Positions 51,909 to 62,489 of a stretch of 64,000 nt of DNA are shown one piece after another. Below the pieces are notes generated by a model. The model had not been told where the DNA came from. It saw nothing but the letters and a program-made list of their open reading frames with translations, and searched no databases. The position numbers were made by a program, and so were the translations under genes. Each line of letters begins with the position of its first letter. Position 1 is the stretch's first letter. Origin of the DNA: Mustelus asterias (Eukaryota); contig NC_135825.1 in the NCBI RefSeq assembly GCF_964213995.1, positions 31,186,001 through 31,250,000 on the forward strand, written 5' to 3'.

Positions 51909-52630
51909 TTTGATTTGATTTATTATTGTCACATATATTAGTATACAGTGAAAAGTATTGTTTCTAGTGCGCTATACAGACAAAGCATACCGTACATAGA
52001 GAAGGAAAGGGGAGAATGTAATGTTACAGTCATAGCTAGGGTGTAGAGAAAGATCAACTTAAAAGTCTGATGGCAGCAGGGGCGGCATGGTGGCACAGTG
52101 GTTAGCACTGCTGCCTCACGGCATCAGGGACCTGGGTTTGATTCCCAGCTTGGGTCACGGTGTGGAGTTTGCCCGTTCTCCCTGTGTCTGCCTGGGTTTC
52201 CTACCACAGTCCAAAGATGTGCAGGTTAGGTGAATTGGTTGTGCTAAATTCTCCCTCATTGTGCCCAAACAGGTGCCGGAGTGTGGCGACTAGGGAATTT
52301 TCAGAGTAACTTCATTGCAGTGTGAATGTATGCATATTTGTGACTAATAAATAAACTTTAACTTTAGGAGCTGTTCTTGAGTAGGTAGGTATGTGACCTC
52401 ATACTTTTCACTGTATGCTAATACATGTAATAATAATAAATCAAATCAAAATCAACGAAGAAGGTGGAAGAGAATATGTCCGGAGTGCGTGGGGTCCTTG
52501 ATTATGCTGGCTGCTTTTCTGAGGCAGCAGGAAGTGTAGACAGAGTTAATGGATGGGAGGCCGGTTTGCGTGATGGACTGGGCTTTGTTCAAGACCCGTT
52601 GTAGTTTCTTGTGGTCTTGGACAGAGCCGG
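51909..52630 (-). mobile_element. Rex1/Babar LINE 3' fragment with nested SINE
   Basis: (tttga)n tail. The - strand reads QDHKKLQRVLNKAQSITQTGLPSINSVYTSCCLRKAASIIKDPTH, a Rex1 C-terminus. Confidence 0.8.
52080..52365 (+). mobile_element. HE1-headed SINE with alternative tail (also 56065-56355 - and 58055-58320 +)
   Basis: HE1 head up to gctaaatt, then ctccctca...gccggagtgtggcgactagg...aacttcattgcag...tgtgac..taataaataaacttt. Confidence 0.8.
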
Positions 52631-53596
52631 AGCCGCTCCCTCGCTGTCATGTCATCAACATGCACTTTTTGCAACTTGCTGCACAAAATTAGAAAAAAAA
52701 TAAGATGCAGAGGAAACAGCAGATGCCTTGCCACAGAAAAATATTGGCCCATTATAAGTTAAGTTGGTTACCAAGTGAGGAGGCAGCATTAAATTATAAT
52801 CACTTCTCAACTTTGGCTTCTCCAATGCATTCAACTGCTCTATGTTCAAACTAGTTTAATTTTTACCAAACCAAGCACAGCTAGGCACAATGTGAACATG
52901 TGGAACTGCATTTTCAGTTAAATTTAATATTTAACTTTAAAAACTAGAGGTTACCATTCAAAAATTACACTTCAAATTAATAATTAGATGAAATAGGTGG
53001 TCAAAATCTAATACTGAGAGAAATAAAAACTGCCAAATTAAAAGAAAATTGAAATATCTGTAGCATCTGAATGGAAATATTTCAGGCATACCTCTAAATA
53101 GAAATCAAAATAAGACTTTTTAAAATTTAAATCTCCATATTGAGTTTATAAATGTAACCAAAAGAGAAAATGCTGAAAATCTCAGCAGGTCTGGCAGCAT
53201 CTGTAAGGAGAGAAAAGAGCTGACGTTTCGAGTCCAGAATGATCCTTTGTCAAAGCTCCATCAAGATATTATTGCCAAGAATATCTGGATTGCAAGGGAA
53301 AAATCTCTGCCACAAAGTCTTTTGCTTGAAACAGTGACTTCAAATGTTATTCGATCCCCAAAGTATTCTTTTCAATAGCAGTATCAACACATTGAAGAAA
53401 CTCAATCTTCATTCACTGCCTGCATTTAAAAATTATATTTTCAGGTTATCAAAAAAATTGTAGTGGATTCAACCGATGTTACGTGGACTCCTTCAGAGCA
53501 GAAAGGACACCTTAAATAATAGTTTCTATGTGCACATCAGTGATCTCCCACAGATAAGATCCCAATCTCAGTGAAGACATTTACAACTCTCTGCAG

Positions 53597-53901
53597 GAGT
53601 GGCACGGTGGCACTGCTACCTCACAGTGCCAGGGACCTGGGTTCAATTCTGACTATTTGTGTGGAACATAGAACATAGAACAGTACTGCCCGTTCTCCCC
53701 GTGTCTGTGTGGGTTTCCTTCACGTGTTCCGGTTTTCTCCCACACTCCAAAGAGCGTGTAGGTTAGGGGGATTAGCCACAGAAAATGTGTGGGATTACAG
53801 GGATAGTGCATGGGACAGGGACTGGGTAAAATACTTTGTCAGAAAGTTGGTGCAGACTGGATGGGCCGAATGGCCTCCTTCCCCACTGTAGGAATTGTAT
53901 G
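53597..53901 (+). mobile_element. HE1 SINE, degraded
   Basis: Head and tail motifs, with a small inverted CR1-tail insert (gaacatagaacatagaacagtac). Confidence 0.75.
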
Positions 53902-54199
53902 AGTGTAGAAAATCGAGGAGTGATGAAGCTAGACCCTCTTGTCCAAAGCCTAATTGCCAGCCTCAAAGCGAGAAGCTGGGGACCAGGGTAAGCACCACCC
54001 ATTTAGTTGGGAGTAGTGTGTGAAATATAATTAAAATGCAAAGGGGAGAAACAAATGATTTTTAAAAAGTGATATGAAAGTCACCAAAGCCTGATTGATG
54101 ATGCTTTTCATAGATTTAATGTACTCTGCTTAAGTACATAAAAATATTCCTGAGCATGACCAAAGGAGGTGAAAATAAAGGTTTCTTGTCACCTGTTCT

Positions 54200-54520
54200 G
54201 AGGGTGAAAGTGCTCTGATTTTGAACAGGAGGTCGAGCAGAAGGTATTCTGCGAATTTCGAGGTGCAGTTCTCGCACAAGCCTCGAAGGAGCGAGCGAGT
54301 GGACCAAACTGCTGCTTAAAATTGCAGCCTCGCGTTCTGCTGCTTGTTGGATGGGAAGTAGGCAGCGGGCTACGGTGTAGTGTACCGCTGCTGCTGCTAC
54401 CGCTGCTCGGATCAAAGGCTCGCCGGCTGGTGGGAGGTGACAATCCCAGTCCAGTCCCAGAGCATGTGATGCTGCAAAATATAAACCTATGAACAGCGAC
54501 ATGCGTAACAGAAGCATTGC
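54200..54520 (+). promoter_or_regulatory. CpG-enriched unique segment, candidate HMGA1 promoter or non-coding first exon
   Basis: Local CpG excess (gcgagcgag, cctcgcg, gctcgccggc) in a CpG-poor window, about 0.8 kb upstream of the acceptor of the ATG exon. Possible donor gag|gtgaca near 54437. Confidence 0.5.
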
Positions 54521-55240
54521 AACATATTTTAAATAGTGACAATTTGCCTAAAAAAGAATCCCTGTTGAAAATATTAATAGTAAGCGTGCATATTTGAGTG
54601 GGTAGATCATCTCTTAGGAGGATTCTGTATAATAACCTGCTGGATGGGATCCAATCAGAACTTGCTTTGCTGCTATGTAACTCGATCCAGGCTGTGGCAG
54701 CTGCTTTGATATTGTTTAGGATTTTTATTTTAAATATATATATTTTTATATATAAAATATACCATCACTGTTGATCGTATCGCCCGCCTTTGGATCAGAG
54801 CCAAGTGTGTGGTGTGTGTGTATCTGTGTGTTTCATTCTCCGTTTCCTTCCAGCCGCCGTTATTAGAGCCAGTGTGATCATCATTCAGGGTAGGAATCGA
54901 GCACAGGAACAGGCCTAGTGTGTGTGTAGTATATGTAGACTCTGCTTTTGCACCAGCTTTTAGTTTCATTTTGATCCAGTAGCGAAAAGGGCTTTTTTAT
55001 TCCACACTGACGTTGCATTTCTTGTGAGTGTTTTTTTTTCTTTTGCCATTTAAGTATAATCGTGCAGTGCAACCGATTGCATGCTGATATGAATGTGTTG
55101 AAGTTTCAGTTTTTTTTGTATATTTGGCTGTTGAATCTTCCATCTGTCCGGGCTTTTCTTCTAATGAATGGGTTACTCTATTATTATTTTCCCCTCTCCC
55201 CATCTATTTTGTTTTTTTTCTTTTTGCAGAGGAATTAAGG

Positions 55241-55342
55241 ATGAGTGACACAGGTGCAAAGCCCAGCCAGCCTTTAGCAGCAAAGCAGGAGAAGGATGTC
55301 ACGCCAAAGAGAGGACGCGGCAGACCCAGGAAGCAACCCCAA
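55241..55342 (+). CDS. HMGA1: HMGA1 first coding exon (MSDTGAKPSQPLAAKQEKDVTPKRGRGRPRKQPQ, AT-hook 1)
   Basis: Polypyrimidine tract with acceptor ttttgcag ending at 55229, ATG at 55241, donor gtatga at 55343. The 34 aa are collinear with human HMGA1 MSESSSKSSQPLASKQEKDGTEKRGRGRPRKQPP; the SQPLAxKQEKD motif indicates HMGA1 rather than HMGA2. Confidence 0.93.
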
Positions 55343-56401
55343 GTATGAGATGTATCATTTACATTTTAGTGAAATCGCATACTTTCTCTCCCCCACCAAC
55401 AGTTCGGCCAGACAAGTCTGCACCAGCAGTAACTTTACTGTTTTTAAAAAAAAAGTTAACTATCGATATGCATTTTTTAAAAACCGCATTTTTCTCTCTT
55501 ACCGACCCACGTTTTTGGATTTGAAATGCAAGTTTTTTTTCCTCGTCTGCAGTCGTCCTGTTGGTCCCCCGCAGTCTATTTTGGTGTCACAAGATTACAA
55601 AAATGCATGAGGCCGCCTTTTGAATAATGGATCAATTTTACAACTGCTCCGGATTGCGGAGCACCATCTGGCTGGGGCTGTGAATAAGCCGCTGGAACAT
55701 TTCTCCCCTTGTTGTGTTTTTGTGTTGTTGTAAATTTCCCAGAGAGGTGTGTGTGTGTTTTGTTGAGGTTTTTTTTAAGGGGACAGCCAGGTCGTGTTGC
55801 CCTCAGGTTGTTTCACGGCGACCGGAGTCCCGAGTCTTCCCTGGGAATCTCCTTCTTTGTTACAATGTTGCTTTCAGCACCAGCCGCAACATGAGACCTT
55901 TAAACCATTGTGTGAACCGGTAGTCACAACCCCAACCCCTGCCCCCATTGGCCGGCCCGCCTGTCAATCAACTGGCAAGCCTGTCCAATGAGAGGCGACG
56001 CTTGGCCTCCCCGGTGACATCAGCATGTTGCTAATGACTGCAACCCAAACAGGTCCTCAGCTGTTTTAAAGTTTATTTATTAGTGTGACAAGCAGGCTTA
56101 CGTTAGCACCGTAATGTGAAAATCCCCCAGTTGCCACACTCCGATGCCTGCGCGGGTACAACTGAGGGAAAGTTTTAGCCTGGCCAGTGCTCCTAACCAG
56201 CACGTCTTTCGGACTGGGAGGAAACCGGAGCACCTGGAGAAAACCCACCCAGACACTGGGAGAATGTGCAGATTCTGCACAGTCTGACGCAAGCTGGGAA
56301 TCGAATGCGGGTTCTTGGTGCTGTGAGGCAGCAGTGCTAACCACTGTGCTAACCGCCTGTGTTGGTTGTCATTGTGGCCACAAGCATGGCAAGGGGGTCT
56401 T

Positions 56402-56935
56402 AGTTGGCCTCTTGGCTAAGATCATGGTGGTTAGTACTGCTGCCTCACAGTGCCAGGGACCCGGATCCAATTCCAGCTTTGGGTGACTGTCTGTGTGGAG
56501 TTTTCACATTCTCCCCGTGTCTGCATGGGTTTCCTCCACGTGCTCCGGTTTTCTCCCACGCTCCAAAGATGTGCGGGTTAGGTTGATTGGCCATGCTAAA
56601 TTATCCCTTAGTGTCAGGGGATTAGCAGGGTAAATATGTGGGGTTACAGGAATAGGACTTGGGTGGGATTGTTGTCGGTGCCGCCTCGCTGGGCTGAATG
56701 GCCTCCTTCTGCACTGTAGGGATTTTATGATCCTATGATCAAGCATCAGATCAAGCCCAAGATGGGGTGCAATGCCGCATCTTGTCAGCTTGGATCTTAT
56801 TTGCCTCTCTATTGAACTGGAATCAATTGGATTTTGAATTTGGTTTTTGGAGCAAGCAAGGAATGGATTTGGGTTTACCCAGTGCACTCTGAGCATTGGC
56901 TTTATAACTTTAAGGATGGAGTAGAAAATTCAAAA
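56402..56935 (+). mobile_element. U2-snRNA-derived interspersed element, copy 1, interrupted by HE1 (56425-56736)
   Basis: ggcctcttggctaagatca|ag matches U2 nt 11-31; tggtttttggagca matches the Sm-site region. The HE1 insert has TSD gatca. Confidence 0.75.
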
Positions 56936-57034
56936 ATACATTCTTAATTGACCTCTTGACCCCCCCCATCCCACCAACTGATTAAAACCTCATCTCTAAA
57001 TTTTGACCTCATGAAATAATCTCCCTTTTTTCAG

Positions 57035-57705
57035 TTCATAGGAATCCCAGAACATTTACAGCAAAAAAAAAAGGCCATCATGTCGACACTGGCTGAATTA
57101 AAAAAATAAATGTATTCCTTTCTCTAAGTTACAAAGCCAGTGCTCAGAGTGGTCAGGGGCATGCCCCTAATTTATCTCCTCGCTTGCTCCGAAAACCAAT
57201 TCAAATTCAAAGTGAATCCAATTAATGGTCCCTACAAATGACACATACTAGATCCAAGGTGACAAGAACAGGCATTATACCTGATCTCGGGCTTTGTTCT
57301 ACACTTGATCTTAGACAAAAGGCTGAAAACTGGCTTTAAAAAAAAAGAGCCACCCAGCCCACTTCACAGCATTTGGTTCATAGTCCTTGCAGGTTACAGT
57401 ATTTAAGTGATTTTTTTTTTTACCTTACCTACCACCCTTTCAAACAGTGGGTTCCATACCTCTTACCACCCTCTATGCCCACCAGTCACTGACCTTTCCA
57501 CTAAGGTAAATAGACACTTGCATTGCACTTTATCCAGATCCCGGACAATTTTGTACATCTCATTCAAATCTCCCCTCAGCTTCATCTGTTCCAAGAAGAA
57601 TAACCCCAGCCTACCCAATTTTTCCTCATAGCTGCAATTTTCCAGACCTGGCAACATCCTCATAAATCTCCTCTGTACCCTCTCTATTGCAATTACATCT
57701 TTTCT
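57035..57705 (-). mobile_element. CR1 3' fragment hosting U2-derived copy 2
   Basis: RMLPGLENCSYEEKLGRLGLFFLEQMKLRGDL. Confidence 0.8.
57095..57328 (-). mobile_element. U2-snRNA-derived interspersed element, copy 2
   Basis: The - strand tttcagccttttgtctaagatcaagtgtag matches U2 nt ~7-36. 7-bp TSD actggct at 57088-57094 and 57329-57335. Confidence 0.8.
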
Positions 57706-58523
57706 AATTTTAACAGGAAAGTGGGATTTTAAATAAATCTTCTATTAATGGGTATGAATCGTGGCTTTCATGCATAGATAGTTTCTCAATCAGCGATGTA
57801 TCTTGGTGCATTGATTGTTTCAAAATGGGGGTAGGTGACAATGGTGAGGTCCCAACTTGATGAATTTTGCGAATTCTTAGATCAACCTATTGAGAAGGTG
57901 GTCGGTCTAAATATTGGCTGCCAGAGTGTATTCGCATAGTAATCTGGTTATTTGTCTGCCGTTGTGAAAACCTTTGCAATATATTGCACCTGTGTGCTTT
58001 TGTTAAATAGTGCATTCAGCTGTATTAGAGGAAATTTTATAAAAAGGTCCTGTACAGCGCCAAGGACCTGGGTTCGATTCCTGGCTTGGGTCGCTGTCTG
58101 TGCAGAGTTTGCATGTTCGTCTTGTGTCTGCGTGGGTTTCCTACGAGTGCTCCGGTTTCCTCCCACAGTCCAAAGATGTGCTGGTTAGGTGCATTGGCCA
58201 TGCTAAAATTCTCCCTCAGTGTACCCGAACAGATGCTGGAGTGTGGCGACTAGAGGTTTTTTACAGTAACTTCATTGCAGTATTAATGTAAACCTACTTG
58301 TGATACTAATAAATAAGCTTGTATTGGGATGGTTTCAGGCAGATTAATTTCTACAGTAGCCAGTTTTGAAATGTGTGTTTCTGGAGTGGGTTTATTTATG
58401 GTGTGGTAAACAGAGTTACCTAGCGCATTAAATTTTAGTGTGTTTTTCTCATTTTATTTATAGAGATAATTTGTTTGTAGAAAGAGTTTGTTAGAGAATA
58501 CAATCTGTAGAAGTACTTAATAT

Positions 58524-58875
58524 TGTAAGTCCTTTTGGCGGGGCGGGGGGGGGGGTTGATGGTCTCTTTTAAGAATAAGATTGCTTTAGGACCTGATCAC
58601 AGGTTTTGAAAAAAAGAGCAACTGGCTTCCAGTAAATGGCCATGTGACCAAGTTGGCTGGGAGATAAAAAAAATAGGCAAAAAGGTTCATCATGCTTTTA
58701 ATACATTTAACATTATTGACTTTTAAAACAGAATGTAGGTGTTAGGATTCATGCTCTTTGATTTTGGTGTCATAAAATTCTTTTTGATTTAAAGCATGAA
58801 CTTTGCAGCTTCATTCTTTCTGGGGTGTCGGATTCTTAAAAATGAAACATGTTATTGGTCTTTAGTGAGGTGACA
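58524..58875 (+). mobile_element. Possible solo LTR
   Basis: tgtaag...ggtgaca termini; imperfect flanks atat/ataa. Confidence 0.3.
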
Positions 58876-59142
58876 ATAATATCTCCAACTATATGCACAT
58901 TTTCAGATCTAGCAGAATGTTTTTAACTTTTATCATATGCCCATTAATTTTCCATGTTTCAGTACTACCAACATGTTAGCAGATTTATGATTCTGCTTAT
59001 ATATATTCAGAAAGCCTTCTTGTTTGATTGAAATGTTTATAGGGCAACAGCAGAAATAGTAGGGATTTTTTATCATTCAAAAATGTAAATATTAAGAGCC
59101 TCATTTTGTTGCATCAAAATGAATCGCAACTGGCTGAAGCTG

Positions 59143-59411
59143 TCACTGCTGCCTCACAGTGCCAGGGACTCAGGTTCACTTGGGTGACTGTGTGGAGTTT
59201 GCACATTCTCCCCGTGTCAGCGTGGGTTTCCTCTGGGTGCCCTGGTTTCCTCCCACAGTCGAAAGATGTGTGGGTTAGGTTGATTGGCCATGTTAAATTG
59301 ACCCTTAGTGTCAGGGGAATTAGCAGGGTAAATACTTGTGGTTATGGGGATAGGGCCTGGGTGAGATTGATGTTGGTGCAGGCCTCCTTCTGCACTGTAG
59401 GGATTCTATGA
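59143..59411 (+). mobile_element. HE1 SINE
   Basis: Head remnant, V-domain and tail. Confidence 0.85.
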
Positions 59412-59596
59412 CTGTCATGTGCTGATAACAGAGCAATCCTGCGACAAAGCATAATCGTGGATGAACCAGATAAACCTATTCTATTTCCCCATGCTAGTTT
59501 GGTCCAATGAGCAAACATTATAAGTATCTACATGTAGCTAGTGGTTTGTATAGCAGAGCTGTGCCATTAATCTTTTTATTCTCTTCCATTTAATAG

Positions 59597-59680
59597 GAAC
59601 CAACTGGAGCTCCTACTCCAAAACGACCACGGGGAAGACCAAAAGGAAGCAAAAACAAAGTTTCTGCTAAATCTGGAAGA
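59597..59680 (+). CDS. HMGA1: HMGA1 second coding exon (EPTGAPTPKRPRGRPKGSKNKVSAKSGR, AT-hook 2)
   Basis: Acceptor ttccatttaatag and donor gtaagt. The exon is 84 nt, phase 0, and continues exon 1. PTPKRPRGRPKGSKNK is the invariant HMGA core. It is too short for the ORF track. Confidence 0.93.
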
Positions 59681-59859
59681 GTAAGTACATGTAGTCCATA
59701 TCATTTTTTGAAATTGTATACCCTATCAAAGCATCATTAAAAATGATCATGTGTAACATTTTATCTTGTTTACCTTTCCTTGACCTTTAAATGATCAAAT
59801 CAAATCATTCGCCATTGGCAAGTGGAAACCATTTCAGCCAAGATATTTTCAAAATGGAG

Positions 59860-61430
59860 AGTGGGAAAACATGGATTGTTTCTGGGATGGCAATGTGTAA
59901 CCGTTAGAGAAAGAGTGTTTGGGACTCAGCTATATCAATTATTGATGCAGGAACCAAATGTATTGCATCAAAATTTATAAAAATACAAAGCCAGAAAGAA
60001 AAGTAAGATGTGCGTGTTACAATGTAACCAATGGCAACATGCTGTGATAGTCAGCTAACCAGTTGACCTGGTAGAAAAAGCAAGCAGATGAGGATGGGGG
60101 AAGCACTTATGGCTAAAGTGGTTGTGTAAAGAAGAATCTGAATTAAACTTTTACTTTGGATTTACTTTGTGAAGTTGTTTTTTTTTGTTTATTATTGCTT
60201 GCTATTGGAGGATTCTTACTGCCGGATGAACAGTGGGGAGGGCATAAAGAGAATGAGAAGAGATTACAAGCTCATTAAATAAAAGCAAACTATTGAGGAT
60301 GCTAGAAGTCTATACACAGCAGGCCTGGCGATGTTTATGGAGAGAGAAACAGAATTGACATTTCTATTCGAATATAACTCTTCTTCAGAACTGGAGATGC
60401 GGCCTTACATACTGAGTATTCCTGTTTTAAGATGATGATCATTTTAATCATCTCGTTAAATGATTGGGAAAGTATTTGGCAGCTGGAATATAAACGTGTG
60501 AATATGCAGAGTTACCCATTTTGGTAGGAAGAATGGAAATGCAGATTTTCTTTTAAAGATGAAACTAGAAAATGTTGGTGAACAGAGAATTTGGGTGTCT
60601 ATGAACACAAATTACAGAAAGTTGACATGTAAGTACAACAAGCAATTAGGAAGGCAGATGGAACGTCAGCCTTTATTGCTAGAATATAAGAGTAAAAAAT
60701 TCTTGCTGAGGTTATATAGGTCTTTAGCGAGATCATATTTAGAGTACTGTAATGATGCACTTTCAGAGACTTCATTAGTTATTAAAAAGGGATTTATTTG
60801 GTGATCTTCAAAAGCAGCAGCATGTTTCCAAATAGCTCTAAATTGCCTCTGCCTAGGAGAACTCCTCCTCCTGGGGTGATTCCTCACCCTGAGTCCGTAT
60901 CGGTCACTCAGGCCAGGTGACCCTTACTCTGCTGTGTTGCCCTTAAAGGGACAATCACCACATGTATGGTGTACAGTTTTGGTCTTCGTACCTAGTGAAG
61001 ATTGTATTTGCCTCAAAAAGGATCACTGCATTGATTTCTGGGATGAGAGGGCTGTTCTATGGGTAGAGATTCAGTAAGATGTATCTATATTCTCTGCTGA
61101 GAGGTGATCTCATTGCAACCTGTAAAATTCATAGAGGGGCGACAGAGCAGATGCTGAGAGGCAGTCTTCCCCTGGCTGTAGAGACTACAACTGGTCTCAG
61201 GGTAAAGGTCAACTATTTAGGACTGAGATGAGCAAAGATTTCCCCATTCTGAAGATTGTGAATTATTGGAGCAAAGTGAATTCTCAGTCATTGAGTATAC
61301 TCAGGACTGAAATCGACTAAACTTTTGGGCAGTATGAGAACTGAGGAATATGGGGATAAGGTGAGATAGTGAAATGGACCCAGAAGTTGAACGGGGCAGT
61401 TTGGCCAATTCCAGCACCTATATTTTTATG
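59860..61430 (+). mobile_element. Old CR1 with two nested short solo LTRs (60015-60232, 60748-60962) and a PLE terminus
   Basis: LLRLYRSLARSYLEY|...VQFWS is split by an insert; THFGRKN. The inserts have TG..CA termini. Confidence 0.7.
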
Positions 61431-61873
61431 TTGTTTTAATGACAGGCTAGTTATGATTTGAAGCTGCAGAGATCTGCAGATATGTTATTTGGTGTATGTA
61501 CCTAATTGCAGGTGTGTGTTTATTAAAACAAGTCAGATTACTCAATTTTGGACAGAAATGTCACTTTGTGCCTTAATAGCATTTATGAACGTTCTGTGGC
61601 TCATACAGTGTGTGTATGAATCATCATCTGAAATAGCTAGATCTAATGTTTAGATGTGCAGAAGGTGTAGTCTCAATGTAAACCAATCTCATTCGTGCCC
61701 CTACTGCCCCAGTGTGACATTTGAGTTTCTTTTTCGTGACTGAGTGCATTTTCTCCAGAATCTGGGCTGAAATTGTGCTCACTTCAGACCAGTTGTAGGC
61801 TTAGTTAATATATTTGTACCAATATCCTTTAGAAACAAATATAGTGGTCAGCCTGCTTTAGTAATGCGCGGGA

Positions 61874-62221
61874 TCATAGAATCCCTACAGCGCAAAAGGA
61901 GGCCATTGGGCCCATCAAGACTGCACCAACTCTCCAACAGAGCATCCTACCCAGGCCCTATCCTCATAACCCCACATATTTACCCCACTAATCCCCCTAA
62001 CCTACACATCTTGGGACACTAAGGGACAATTTAGCATGGCCAATCCACCCAACTTGCACGGTCTTTGGATTGTGGGAGGAAATCAGAGAACCCGGAAGAA
62101 ACCCATGCAGACACGGGGAGAACGTGCAAATTCCACACACAAAGTCACCCAAGGCCGGAATTAAATCCAGGTCCCTGGCACTGTGAGGCAGCAGTGCTTA
62201 CCACTGTGCCATCTTGCCGTG
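61874..62221 (-). mobile_element. HE1 SINE, full length
   Basis: Reverse tail, V-domain and tRNA head. Confidence 0.9.
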
Positions 62222-62489
62222 CACCAGGATGCTTTAATATCATGATTTTCTTTTAACCTATCACCACATATGATCAGCCTGAAATCACCAGTAGTCCACC
62301 TTAATGCTGTTTAGGTCAGATTACTCACAACAAATACAAGTATAAAGAGAAAAATTGTACTGCTAAGTGTCTGTTTAGCAGGTTAAGCGGGCTCATCATG
62401 AAAATTGCACATACATCATTTTCCTTTGCTGAAATCCTAATGACAACCCTGATATCAAGAGTAACTCAAATAGTTGCTTGATAGTACCA

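Noticed and set aside
55124-55240. N-terminal extension of HMGA1 suggested by the ORF track (55124-55348), and ORF 55296-55610
   Set aside because: The extension is intronic polypyrimidine tract before the acceptor at 55229. The second ORF is an alternate frame running into the intron.
56402-57328. Functional U2 snRNA gene
   Set aside because: It has internal duplications, many substitutions, an altered branch-point and Sm region, a TSD and an HE1 insertion, and no recognisable PSE/3' box.
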